A DNA stretch of 64,000 nt from Squalus acanthias (taxonomy: Eukaryota). Numbering within the stretch: position 1 is the first letter of the stretch; every line of letters starts with the position of its first letter. A program made the translations under genes and the position numbers. The stretch spans positions 63,366,001 to 63,430,000 of the forward strand of contig CM059438.1 of assembly GCA_030390025.1 (NCBI GenBank), read 5' to 3'. The notes below the pieces were generated by a model. That model saw only the letters and a program-made list of their open reading frames with translations, was not told the origin of the DNA and searched no databases. Below, piece by piece: positions 1 to 12,182 of this stretch.

Positions 1-140
1 AGGCATTGGAGGAGGATGGTGTGGCCGACTGTATGAAAGGTTGCAGAGAGATCGAAGAAGTTGAGAAAGGTCACAATCACAGAGGGTGTAATTTGTGACT
101 TCGGCTAGAGCCGTTTCGGTGCTGTCGCAGGGGCAGAAAG
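1..140 (-). mobile_element. L2-clade LINE reverse transcriptase fragment
   Basis: Reverse complement matches the L2 RT segment at ~50050-50200 (STETAL..VTND.LCDCD motif region). Confidence 0.7.
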
Positions 141-252
141 GAGCAGCCGGGACTTTCCCCTATGAACTCCAGAATGTATCCAGAATATTATAACACTTTA
201 CAAATGCGTGCACATCCCCCCCTGTCGCACTTCAGATGCCACACACTATCTA

Positions 253-510
253 CATGGCACTATTTCGAAGAAGAGCAGGGGAATCTCCCCGGTGTCCTGG
301 CCAATATTTATCCTTCAACCAACATCACTAAAAACAGATTATCTGGTCATTATCACATTGCTGTATGTGGGAGCTTGCTGTGCGCAAATTGGCTGCCGCG
401 TTTCCCACATTACAGCAGTGACTACACTTCAAAAATACTTCATTGGCTGTAAAGCACTTTGGGGCGTACTGAGGCGTGACACAGGCGCAAGTTCATTTCT
501 TTCTTTTTTC
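253..510 (+). mobile_element. Deu-domain SINE (SacSINE1-like), 3' half
   Basis: Matches the 3' half of the full copy at 11718-12182 (CATGGCACTATTT..GTGTCCTGGCCAATATTTATCC..CATTGGCTGTAAAGCACTTTGG). Confidence 0.85.
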
Positions 511-1182
511 TTGATGAACTGTGCCTCTTTAAAGTGCTGAACCGTCATAAGTATGAGTATAGAGTAAATGGGGAGTAACAATTCATAAGGTAAAAAAAAA
601 TAGATGTAACAGTAATTGGTATCACTTTTTGGATAAGACTGTGCAGGGCTGATGGTTTTTTTTTAGTCTAGAATGTGAAACAAACCTTAAGAAATTTACA
701 GCTTAAGGCGGGAGGGGCGGGCGCAACCAGTAACCATGGCCCTTCTCATGGCCACTTCTGCCAACCGTGCCTGTCAGGAGCTGGGCGGCTCCCTGAGCCT
801 GATTGGAGACTCGGGGACATTTTTCATTCTGGAACAACAAGGGGTGGACCGACAGCGACCTGTCAACGTGTGAAATATGTGCAGTTGCTTAAGAAAGTCT
901 CAGTAGCCCGGAAAAGCGGCACAAGTTAGAGAGGGAGCAGAGGGGCAGAATGCTGCACATAGCCCACATTTGATTGTTGCCCCCCCCCCTCCCCGTGTAA
1001 CGCCAGTGTGTTCATTACAGCGCAGTGCGCCACATTTGCGACCTTAATTGCACCGAGCGTAAGATCGACGCACTCGGGGTCTGTTCCGCATTGCCCAGAT
1101 TCTGAGCTCCCGGTTCCCCCGGGAGGTGTGATTTTATCCAGCGAAAGGCAGATAAAGTCCCATCTCTTGCTGGCGCCCCGGG

Positions 1183-1397
1183 ATGTTGCGGTGCGGCGGT
1201 GTAGAAGGTGCGGACGGGCACAGCCGCTTCTCGCAGTTGCTGTCTGCGGACCAGAAAGGGGTCCAGCAAACGGTGGACAGTCTGGTGCTGGGGCTGCACC
1301 AGGATAAGGAGAAGCTGGTCGGGTCTTTCCTGGAGGATCCCAGCTGCCAACAGCTTCTCTTAGCTCTCTGCAGGTCCATGGCTTCGGGAGAGACGCG
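1183..1397 (+). CDS. Candidate first coding exon of an unidentified host gene
   Basis: CpG-rich region; ATG-initiated open frame MLRCGG...MASGETR ending at a consensus donor CG|GTGAGT (1398). GC box GGGGCGGG at ~714. No downstream exon identified. Confidence 0.35.
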
Positions 1398-1689
1398 GTG
1401 AGTATGCCAAAGTTCTCTCCATATGTGATAGCAGGGCTCTGACTGACAGGTTTACTGGCGATAGGCACTGATCCTGTTTTATTTGCACCACTTCGACTCT
1501 TCAGATTGGGCACAGGACAGACTCAACTTCTGTGCCATCTATCTATGTAATCACATCCCTGCCTACCTGTGGTATATTGTGATATAATATAGAGAGAACC
1601 TACTGTCAATGTGAAAGTGGCAAGCACACAGTGTGCGTTTGTGTATGCATATGTGTGTATGTATGTGAACATGCTTGTTTGTTTGTTTT

Positions 1690-2125
1690 TATTCATTCTT
1701 GGGATGTGGGCGTCGCTGGCAAGGCCAGCATTTATTGCCCGTCCCTAATTGCCCTTGAGAAGGTGGTGGTGAGCCGCCTTCTTGAACCACTGCAGTCCGT
1801 GTGGTGAAGGTACTCCCACAGTGCTGTTAGGGAGGGAGTTCCAGGATTTTGATCCAGCGACGATGAATGATCGGCGATATACTTCTAAGTCAGGATGGTG
1901 TGTGACTTGGAGGGGAACTTGGAGGTGGTGGTGTTCCCATGCGCCTGCTGCCCTTGTCCTTCTAGGTGCAAGAGGTCGCAGGTTTGGGAGGTGCTGCCGA
2001 AGAAGCCTTGGCGAGTTGCTGCAGTGCATCTTGTAGATGGTACACACTGCAGCCACGGTACGCCGGTGGTGGAGGGAGTGAATGTTTAAGGTGGTGGATG
2101 GAGTGAATGTTTAAGGTGGTGGATG
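1690..2125 (-). mobile_element. CR1/L2-group LINE 3' fragment
   Basis: Minus-strand C-terminus ..SKSWNSLPN..FKKAAHHHLLKGN* followed by 3' UTR with AATAAA. Sits between TG-rich microsatellites; 25-bp tandem duplication at its truncated 5' end (~2075-2125). Confidence 0.7.
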
Positions 2126-2320
2126 TGTGTGCATGCATGTGTTTGTGTTTGGGTATATGTGTGTATGAGTATGTGTGCATGCTTGTTTGTGTGTGTGTGT
2201 GTGTGTGTGTATACATATGTGTGTATGAATGTGTTTGTGTGTGTATTTGTGTGTTTGTGTATACATATGTGTTTGTGTGTCTGTGCGTTTGTGTATATGT
2301 TTGTTTGTGTGCGTGTATAT
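2125..2320. repeat. Degenerate (TG)n microsatellite
   Basis: Visible TG/TA dinucleotide run; a related run lies at ~1630-1690. Confidence 0.9.
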
Positions 2321-4358
2321 TTAGAGGAGAGAGAAAAGAAAGACTTGCATTTATATAGCGCCTTTCATGACCCCCCGGTTGTCCCAAAGTGCTTTACAGC
2401 CAATGAAGTACTTTTTGAAGTGTAGTCACTGTTGTAATGTGGGACAAGAAGTATGTGTGTAAGAGAGAAACAAGAAGATAAGGGAGTTTCTGTTAGGTAG
2501 AATTATATTACATCATATAGAATTATGGAAGGACATTCAGCATGACCAGTCTGTGTTGCTGTTTATCCTCGACACGAGCAGCAGTCCTAATCCCATATCC
2601 CCCCCACCCCTGTTCCCATGTCCTTTTATTCCCCTTTCAACCACCTGGCTAACCTGTGGTGAGCCACTCCTGGACCCAGTGTGTTCCTGGCCCTTCCTGC
2701 CTGCCATGCTCCCAGCCATCAGCCCCATGACCAACTCCTGGCCTGTCTCCAGCCACCGAATGGTCAGCCTGTGCACGACAAGCATTTTAAATATTGCAGT
2801 TGACAACTATTTGCCGGCAAACAGTAACAGAGGATTTTTGCACATAAAATCGAACTTCAGCCTGGGACCTGAGCTGATGGTGGGGAAACTCTTCAGGGGC
2901 GGGTTGAGCTATCTTGTACTGGGCTTGCCCATCTCTGGGTCACCTTAATACTACCAGACCCTTATGTCATTTCACTACTCCCAGACCCTGGGACCCCTCC
3001 TTCTCCGTGCCTCTGATTCTAAGACCATCTGTTGCCAATATTCCCAGACCTTGGGACCCACCCCCAGTGCTATCACACACTATACTTTCTGTCACTTGTA
3101 CAGTACAGGTCATCCACTCCATCCATAACTCTTAGACATTGAAACATTACCCCCAATGCTCCCAAACTGTGGGACTTAGCTATAGCTTGCATTGCAGACG
3201 TTCTATTTAAAGTCCCAGTACCACCAAACCCTAAGACCTCGCCCGAATGCTGCCAGTCCCCCGTACCCTCCCCAATGGTGCCACATCCTGGCGTCCTCTG
3301 GCTCAATGCTGACAGATCGTGGTGTTACATTTTTAGAGCTCCCCCCCCTCTCCCGCTACTTGTCTTGTGCTCGGAGCGAGGGACCACTGTTATAAGCGTG
3401 CTTCTGCTCCCCACCAACGGGAATGCGCTTTTATTCGCTTAATATCCAGTAATGCAGCATTGCCAAGGTGGCAAAAAGAAACTATTGTTACTATAATTAG
3501 CTCAATAATTTGACACACACCCTCTCATGTTCTCCTACTCATCAGATAGGCAAAGAATAAATACTATTAACTCTGTGACTAAGGCTTTAAACTACTGAGT
3601 GGGTTTATTATCAGCAAAAAAGTAGACAATAGCATAAAATCAACACAGCATATCTCATTTGATTGGAGATTTTGACTTCCATCCCTTGGGGCACAAAATA
3701 TTCTGAAACTTCTCAAATTTCTTGTCAGTAACACTAAACCTTGACTTACATGAGAGGTTTCATTTATCAACAGGTGCCGTCTAACTGTGAGGTAAAGTTG
3801 TGCATCGAATAATAAGAGAGAGCAGTCGCTAAGATTTTAAATATGAAACTTGCTTGAAATAAAGCTTTGAGAATTCAATTTCAAGAGGGGCCGCGGATGG
3901 GAAACGGGGAGGCGTTTAACAGGTTGATGGGAGATGGGGGGATGCCTGATTGTCTGAAAGAGGTCTACCACAGTTTGTGCCCCATTCTCCTGGACCCCAG
4001 CCCCACTCGAGGCTGCTGGATATAGGGGCGTAGGGAGAGAGATGGGGTCTATTAAAGGTGGCATCAACTGGGCAGCCTGACCGCACCTTGTTCAGTGCAG
4101 GGGATTTCTGGCTATGGTTTCAGGGTGAATGCCAGTGGGTTGTAGGATTATTAATAGTTACAGGTAGGATATCAGGGCATTACACTTATTACAACAGCTA
4201 CATATAGACTATCAGTGAGTTATTGTATTACTGTTGGTTAGGAGGGCAGTTACCAGTATTACTATCAGTTATCTGTTCAATTTCAATGAGTTACCCTTCG
4301 TTACTGGTGGAATCAAAGTTCCTCCCACCTCTAGTTTCCTCTCTGCAAATTGCTCCCA

Positions 4359-5353
4359 GCCCTCGGTTTCCCCTCTTCCCCGCCCTCGGTTTCCCCTCTT
4401 CCCTGACCCCGGTTTCCCCTCTTCCCCGACCCCGGTTTCCCCTTTTCCCCGCCCTCGGTTTCCCCTCTTCCCCACCCTCGGTTTCCTCTTTTCATCGCCC
4501 CCGGTTTCCCCTCTTCCCCGACCCCGGTTTCCCCTCTTCCCCGACCCCGGTTTCCCCTCTTCCCCGACCCCGGTTTCCCCTCTTCCCCACCCTCGGTTTC
4601 CTCTTTTCCCCGCCCTCGGTTTCCCCTCTTCCCCGCCCCCGGTTTCCCCTCTTCCCCGCCCCCGGTTTCCCCTCTTCCCCGCCCCTCGGTTTCCCCTCTT
4701 CCCCGCCCTCGGTTTCCCCTCTTCCCCGCCCTCGGTTTCCCTCTTTCCCCGCCCTCGGTTTCCCCTCTTCCCCGCCCTCGGTTTCCCCTCTTCCCCGCCC
4801 TCGGTTTCCCCTCTTCCCCGACCCCGGTTTCCCCTCTTCCCCGCCCTCGGTTTCCTCTTTTCCCCACCCTCGGTTTCCCCTCGTCCCCGACCCCGGTTTC
4901 CCCTCTTCCCCGCCCTCGGTTTCCCCTCTTCCCCGCCCTCGGTTTCCCCTCTTCCCCGACCCCGGTTTCCCCTCTTCCCCGCCCTCGGTTTCCCCTCTTC
5001 CCCGCCCTCGGTTTCCCCTCTTCCCCTCTTCCCCGCCCTCGGTTTCCCCTTTTCCCCGCCCTCGGTTTCCCCTTTCTCCCGCCCTCGGTTTCCCCTTTTC
5101 CCCGCCCTCGGTTTCCCCTTTTCCCCGCCCTCGGTTTCCCCTTTTCCCCGCCCTCGGTTTCCCCTGTTCCCCGCCCTCGGTTTTCCCTCTTCCCCACCCT
5201 CGGTTTTCCCTCTTCCCCACCCTCGGTTTCCCCTCTTCCCCACCCTCGGTTTCCCCTCTTCCCCGCCCTCGGTTTCCCCTCTTCCCCACCCTCAGTTTTC
5301 CCTCTTCCCCACCCTCGGTTTCCCCTCTTCCCCGCCTTCGGTTTACCCTCTCC
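4359..5353. repeat. 23-bp minisatellite (GCCCTCGGTTTCCCCTCTTCCCC)n, ~43 units
   Basis: Directly visible tandem array; accounts for the Pro-rich and Gly/Arg-rich ORFs on both strands. Confidence 0.95.
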
Positions 5354-5490
5354 ACCTGCTCACGGGTGACATCCTGGTTCTTGGAACTTCTCAAACAATA
5401 GCTGCTGGCACAAAACCAAAACTATGAGCAAAGATATAGAACGACAGGGGACCCATCCTTTATAAGGTCAATGCAGTAACATTTGTAGAA

Positions 5491-5578
5491 ATCATGTGAT
5501 CAGATGTCATGTGATCAGATGTCATGTGACTAGGCATCACATGGTCAGATGTCACGTGGTCAGAACATCACGTGATCA
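5491..5578. repeat. ~15-bp tandem repeat, 6 units, each with an E-box
   Basis: Units such as ATGTCATGTGATCAG, with cores CATGTG x3, CACATG, CACGTG x2. Confidence 0.8.
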
Positions 5579-5689
5579 AACCTCCAGGAGTGCCTCAAAC
5601 CAGAGTTGGCCACCCTACTTACCTGAGCGCTGCTGGATCCCCGAACCTCGAGCAATAGTGTCGAACTTAGTGGAATTTGTTGGAGGATG

Positions 5690-7950
5690 CACTAAGTACA
5701 TAGGCAACAAAGGAGAGGATGACAAAAGGGAATATGAAAAGGTTAGGAAAGAAGTCAAACAAACAATTAGGAAGGCAAAGAGAAACTACAAAATTAAGTT
5801 ATCAAGGAATATGAAAAGAAATAGTAAAGTATTCTACAGACACATAAATAACAAAAGAAAAAATCAGGATAAGGATAGGGCCACTAAGGGATACACATGA
5901 TAAACTCACAGGTAATGACAGCGAAATGGCAGCTATATTAAATAATTACTTTGCCTTGGTATTTCCCAGGGAGACTAACATGGTGGACATGACATTGGAA
6001 GAAGAGAGCAAAAAAGATACAAAGACATTTGAGATAGCAAGGGGAGAGATAATTGCTAAACTAATCAAATTTAGAGAGGATAAAACCCCTGGTCTGGATG
6101 GATTGCATCCGTGCACATTAAAAGTTAGGGAAGAGATAGCAGAGGCACTATTACAGATATATATGAATTTCATTAGAAAAGGGAATTGTGCCAGAGTACT
6201 GGCAGACAGCTAATGTGATTCCTATACATAAAAAGGGAGATAGAACAACTCCAGGGGACTGTAGCTTAATTGGCTTAATGTTGGTGGTAGGAAAGATAAT
6301 GGAATCCTTACTCAAAGATGTAATAGAAAAACAGAAAATATATTAAAGAGTAGTCAGCACGGATTCCAAAAGAGAAGGTCATGCTTGACCAACCTTATTG
6401 AATTCTTTGAAGAAGTAACAGGAAGGGTGGATAAGGGTAATGCATTAGACGCAATATATTTGGATTTCCAAAAAGCCTTTGATAAAGTACCGCATAGTAG
6501 GCTCATGGCTAAGGTCAGAACATGTGGAGTCAGGGCACAAATAGCAGAATGGATAGCAAGCTGGCTACAAAACAGTAAACAGAGAGTAGGAGATCATCGA
6601 TAAACTAATCAAACTTAGAGAGGATAAAACTCAGGTCCATCCAGATTGGCAAAAGGTGGGAAGTGGTGTTCCACAAAAAACGGTGCTGGACCACTGTTGT
6701 TTATCATTTACATAAATTATTTGGACTCGGGAATTGGGTGTACAATTTCAAAATTTGCGGATGACACCAAATTGGGGGGCGTAGTTGATACAGAGGAGGA
6801 CTGCGACAAAATACTGGAAGACATTAATAAACTTGCAGAATGGGCGTGTAATTAGCAAATGAGCTTCAATATAGATAAGTGTGAGGTGGTACATTTTGGT
6901 AGGAAAATAAATGTCTAAATGGGGTAGAGGAGCAGTGGGATCTGGGAGTACAGATACACAAAGCACTAAAAGTAGTGATGCAGGTTAACAAGGCCATAAA
7001 AAAAGCAAACAAAGCACTTGGGTTCATTTCTAGAGGGATAGAATTGAAAAACAGAGAAGTTATGTTAAACTTGTATAGAAACATAGAAACATAGAAGATA
7101 GGAGCAGGAGTAGGCCATTCGGCCCCGCGAGCCTGCCCCGCCATTTAATGAGATCATGGCTGATCATCCAAATTCAGTACCCTGTCCCTGCCTTCTCCCC
7201 ATATCCCTTGATCCCTTTAGCCTTAAGAAATATATCTATCTCCTTCTTGAATATATTTAATGAATTGGCCTCAACTGCCTTCTGTGGTAGAGAATTCCAC
7301 AGGTTCAGCACTCTCTGGGTGAAGAAATTCCTCCTCATCTCAGTCCTAAATGGCTTACCCCTTATCCTTATAGAACCTTGGTTAGACCACACTTGGAGTA
7401 CTGTGAACAGTTCTGGTCTCCATATTATAAAAAAGGATATAGAGGCACTGGAGAAAGTGTAAAAAAGATTTACTAGAACGATACCAGAACTGAGAGGTTA
7501 AACCTGTCAGGAAAGATTGAACAGACTGGGGCTTTTTTCTCAAGAAAAGAGAAGGCTGAGGGGTGACCTGATAGAGGTCTTTAAGATTACGAAAGGATTC
7601 GATAGGGTAGATGCAGAGAAGATGTTTCCACTTGCGGGCGAGACTAGAACTAAGGGCCATCAATATAAGACAGTCACTAATAAACCCAATAGGGAATTCA
7701 GGAGAAACTTCTTTACCCAGAGAGTGGTGAGAATGTGGAACTCGCTACCACAGGGAGTGGTTAAGGCGAATAGCATGGATGCATTTAAGGGGAGGCTAGA
7801 TAAACACATGAGGGAGAAAGAAATAGAAGTATGTGCAGATAGGGTTAGATGAAGAAGGGTGGGAGAAGGCTCGTGTGGAGCATAAACACCGGCACGGACC
7901 TGTTGGGCCAAATAGCCTGTTTCTGTGCTGTAAATACTTTGTAAAAACTT
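5690..7950 (+). mobile_element. CR1 LINE ORF2 remnant (RT plus 3' end), degenerate
   Basis: Motifs YLDFQKAFDKVPH, SKFADDTKL, RRNFFTQRVVRMWNSLP; multiple stops and frameshifts. Confidence 0.9.
7081..7368 (-). mobile_element. Short 5'-truncated CR1 nested in an older CR1
   Basis: CR1 3' end with (TTCTATGT) tail; TATAGAA direct repeat on both sides as target-site duplication. Confidence 0.85.
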
Positions 7951-8169
7951 TGTAATACTTTGTGCTGTCAAAACCCACCAAATCACTTCTTCTAATCATG
8001 TCCACAGGGAAAGCTCAGAGAGCTCACAAGGGACGACTGGATTGTGATATTGAAGTGGCATTGCTCACAGTGAATCAGAGGATACATTGTTTTAAACAAT
8101 AGCGGTGTTATCAGCAAACTTTGATGGGGAAAATTTTACAGGTGTGACACTTACAGCAAGCACATACTA

Positions 8170-8480
8170 TACGCAATGCAATAGCAAAATACTGCGGATG
8201 CTGGAAATCTGAAACAACAACAGAAAATGTTGGAAACGCTCAGCAGGTCAGGCAGCATCGTTAACGTTTCAGGTCGATGACCCTTCGTCAGAACTGGAAA
8301 AAGTTGGAGAAGTAACCCGATTTTTAAGCAAGTGTGGGGCAGGGAAAGGGAGGAGGGGAGGAAAGAACAAAGGGAAGATCTGTGATAGGATAGAAGGCAG
8401 GTGAGATTAAAAGGTAAAAGGGATGACGGTGTAAGGCAAAATGAGATGGTAACGGGACAAGTTAAGAAACAAAAGATGAT
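8170..8480 (-). mobile_element. Penelope-like terminal remnant (family B)
   Basis: Contains a hammerhead core; homologous to 54258-54482. Confidence 0.6.
8260..8295 (-). ncRNA. Minimal type I hammerhead ribozyme motif
   Basis: Minus strand: GTT-CTGACGA-AG-GGTC/atc/GACC-T-GAAA-CGTT-AAC; palindromic AACGTT in stem III. Confidence 0.65.
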
Positions 8481-9329
8481 ATACGCAAGACTTTTAATAA
8501 ATAGCAATCAGTGCTGACGTTGATGTATTTATACATGCCTGTTTCCTGATGTATATTTGAAGGAACATTGTCACCCCTGGTCTTGGGGAAATCTTTCCTA
8601 ATGTTGACAAGGTCTTGATGCAAATTACGTCATGACAACGGCATAGCATCGCAGGAAAACATCATTGCATTGTGTGCAAGTGATCCCATTCTGCTACTGA
8701 CGATATTTGCACTGTGTTTGCTCACCACACTCCCGCATGCAGTAGGTTGCATCTGGTGCCATGTTGAAGATGGGTAGTATGAGCATTCCTTGCTGCTGTT
8801 TGTGCACAAAAAGCCATGTTACTCTTTTCAAAATGCGCAAATGTCACTGGGAAAAAACTTTGTAGCCACAGAGGTGAGCAAGCAATGGTTTCTGTTGCTT
8901 AAGCTGATGTGCTATTTGGAAGAAGACATGGTGTAGTATTTGTTGTCAGGAGATGTGCGTGCTAACAAACTGTGTGGGGTGCATTGCGTTAGGTAGTTTT
9001 TGAAAATATGAACTGGTTTTACCAGCTTCAAACAGAAAACCGTTTAAAATATTGGTAAGTTCCATTGGCGTTGGAAAAATTATATAATTCCCCACAATAA
9101 TCGAGGCAAGATTGTTCAGACCATCTAGGTTGTCCATCACTTTGGCCCATGTTCAGGATCGGTACAATTTTCATCTCGGTCCAGCCCTGGTGTGAAGCCT
9201 ATCATAAACAGAATCAACTTCTGTTCTACAAGTTAACAACTCTGAGGGGGTGCATACTCCTTGAGCTACATTTAATTTGTGGTTTTTATTAGCTTCCTTC
9301 ATTGCACATAAATAACTTCTCCGCATCCA

Positions 9330-9600
9330 CTTCGCTATTTCCCTTTGTGATTTAAAAAAAAATCATATCAGTCCCTCCGTTCCTCTTTTCGGATGAAAAA
9401 AAGGTTCAGTTCTTTCAGTCTCTCTCCATATTGCATTCTTTTAAGAGTTGCTGCCTTCTTTGCTGCTTTTTGCCATCCTTCCAGTGCCCTTGTGTCCTCT
9501 TGTAAAGTGCAGGAGGTTAAACTGGAATTGTTCGACATAATATTTAGGAGCATGAGGAGTTTATGGTGCAAACCTAAGAGGTACTTATCTGTGCTGTAGT
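9330..9600 (-). mobile_element. Old CR1 fragment
   Basis: Peptide ..MQYGERLKELNLF resembles the CR1 ORF2 C-terminal region. Confidence 0.5.
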
Positions 9601-9799
9601 GAATTGCTCGGTCAATATTCTATGTCACCAGACAATCCTTACTGAAGTAACCTTTAATGCTTTTGCAAATTGTGCTGTCCTTGGGAATTGCACGCCTACA
9701 CCCCTTAATTAGGCAGTATAGATAACTATGGTCTATGGCCCCGGGCTGTAACATTAATAAATAACACAAGATACTGGAATAACATCTTATCCTGTCTCT

Positions 9800-10167
9800 C
9801 AGAAATATATCTGAGCATTTCATATACAATGAATTACTTCTATGTGAGGGCAAATGCAGCAGCCATTTTGCCCGTTGCAAGACCACACTGACAGCAGTGA
9901 GGTGAATGACTAGTTGATCTATTTTAGGGAATGGGCACTCTTCTTTGAATTGCGCCATGGGATCTTAAATATCCACCTGCTCTGACAGCGTAGGCATCTG
10001 CTTCATGTCTCATTTGAAGTATGACACTTCCAGCTATGTTGCACTCCTTCAGTATTGGACTAGAATGTTAGCCTAGATTACGTGGTCAAGTCTTGAAGTG
10101 GGGCTTGAACTAGCAACCTTCTGACTCAGAGAAGACAGTGCTACCAACTGAGCCGCAGCTGACACTG
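9800..10167 (-). mobile_element. Deu-domain SINE, degenerate
   Basis: tRNA-like head and Deu core recognisable on the minus strand. Confidence 0.7.
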
Positions 10168-11717
10168 AATATATGGGATCCGTTTTCTGGTATGAGTGAC
10201 AGGACCACAAAAAGTTGGCAGCCAGTTTGGTGAAGTCACATGGGGGAATCAATTTGATTCGGAATGTTTTGATTCACTTAACCAGCTGATTCCATTAAAT
10301 GAAATTATCCTCCGGTACTGGGAAAAGATTCAGATTAAACTCTGCTGCTGTCTAAATTCAGACCTGTCTTATGGACTCTGCACGGAAATCAAAATGGTCG
10401 GATGTGAACCGCTTTCTACCACTTTGAGAGACTGTTTCTAAGACTTCCGTTCCTCAAGTAACCATCAGCTCCCTGCACCTCAGTCTGCACTGTAACCACT
10501 AGCTTAGTGCTTGAGACCTGGTAACCACTGAAGGGAGCTGGCTGGGTGGTGTGATATCTCTAGGAGCCCTGTGTTATAGTCGCCAGCCTCTGAGGTGAGA
10601 TTGCTCTGAGCCCTGGTACTGTAATATGATTACGAGAAGTTCTGTGTCTCTATTGCTGTCTCTGGTTCCCATGTCTCAGTTTCACCTGTACTTACAGCTT
10701 TCCTTCTGGTGGCTGCTATTTTATTGACTGTTCCATTCGCACAATATTAAAAAGTACCAATGAATCATTGACCAATCCTAGGTAAAATAAAACCACATTG
10801 GCGATGGGATTCAGGGCTTTTAGCTGCAGTGGGAGAGGAATCTGACTGAGAGTTCATCAAAACCTAACCACATTTATTGTGAGTCATATTTCGGTACATT
10901 GAGTTCACCTGGTTAGCTTGACTGACTCTTTGAATAGATCCTTGTGATTGCTTAATGAAGAAAAAATTAACATGGCAGTCCATTGGACTGCATTTAAAAA
11001 AAAATTTTGCTATCTGATTCTCTTAACTAGATTTCACTGTAATAGTATATTTTATTGCGCACTGTTATTATCTTGCAACTGCACCTTTGTTAGAAACCAG
11101 CCACTGGCAAAACTTTAATCAAGTTTGACTGAAAGGGTTTTGCTAACAGTGGATTGAGGACGTGTGCCAGCACATGTTTGTGGTCCCTGTGCTTTCCTAC
11201 TTGATTGCACATGGCTGTTTATTTGGTGTACAAATCAGTTGCCGGGTATCCTCCATTTAGGACTCTTTCGAAGGAGAATCCTTTCGAAAAATGTTGCGAT
11301 CACCTGCCTCATGCAACTCTTTTGGTCAAAGTTTATTCCCAAGCCATTCCTAACATAATAGAAGAGCTCATCACAATGCTGCCTGATGCATGCTTACATG
11401 TTCTCGTTTATTTAGTGTTCTTTAGATGCAGGCCCCGGTACACTTGATTTTATTAACTCCTTTTATTTTGGTGCAATTTTAAAACGAATCCCATGTTAAA
11501 ATTTGGGAGCCAAGAGTGCGAATAAAAATTTTCCATCAATTTTTCAGAGATTTTTTTTTTGTTTTGGTATTCTCTGTGATTACCAAGGTGAGGGATGTTG
11601 GTGCTGGGAAAGGAACATTTCACTTTGCGGGCATCTGCTGTCAGCACTAAGCACTCCAAGGTCAGATCTCCCACCGTAGCATGCAGAGCAAAGCTCTGTC
11701 CCAACAATATGCTTAAG

Positions 11718-12182
11718 GTGTCAGCCTTGGTGCAGTGGTAGCACTCTTTCCTCTGAGTTAGAAGTTCATGGTTTCAAGCCCCACTCCAGAGACTTGAGCA
11801 TATAATCCAGGCTGACTCTTCAGTGCAGTGCTGAGGGAGTGCTGCACTGTCGGAGGTGCCGTCTTTCGGATGAGACGTTAAGCCGAGGCCCCATCTGCCC
11901 TCTCAGGTGGACATAAAGGATCCCATGGCACTATTTTGAAAAGAGCAGGGGAGTTCTCCCCAGAGTCCTGGCCAATATTTATCCCTCAACCAACATCACT
12001 AAAACAGATTATCGCGTTATTATATAATTGCTGTTTGTGGAACGTTGCTGTGTGCAGATTGGCTGTCGTGTTTCCTACATTACAACAGTGACTGCGCTTA
12101 AAAAAAGTACTTCATTGGCTGTAAAGCACTTTGGGACGTCCTGAGGTCGTGAAAGGTGTTGTATAAATTCATTCTTTCTTTC
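11718..12182 (+). mobile_element. Full-length tRNA-headed Deu-domain SINE (SacSINE1-like)
   Basis: tRNA-like A/B boxes (TGGTGCAGTGG; GGTTTCAAGCC), Deu core GGAGGTGCCGTCTTTCGGATGAGACGTTAA..GATCCCATGGCAC, and a 3' tail shared with the L2 end at 53901-53960. Confidence 0.9.

Noticed and set aside
1962..2425. His/Thr- and Val/Cys-rich ORFs
   Set aside because: Translations of a TG microsatellite.
2540..4130. GC-richer segments that may be old repeats
   Set aside because: No TIR, TSD or protein motif found; left unannotated.
4359..5353. CRISPR-like array
   Set aside because: Contiguous tandem units with no unique spacers; eukaryotic context, no cas genes.
4223..5427. 288-397 aa Pro-rich and Gly/Arg-rich ORFs on both strands
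   Set aside because: By-product of a stop-free 23-bp minisatellite; no splice or domain support.
11718..11790. tRNA gene
   Set aside because: tRNA-derived SINE head continuous with the Deu core; same for 35988, ~47550-47617 and ~10100-10167.
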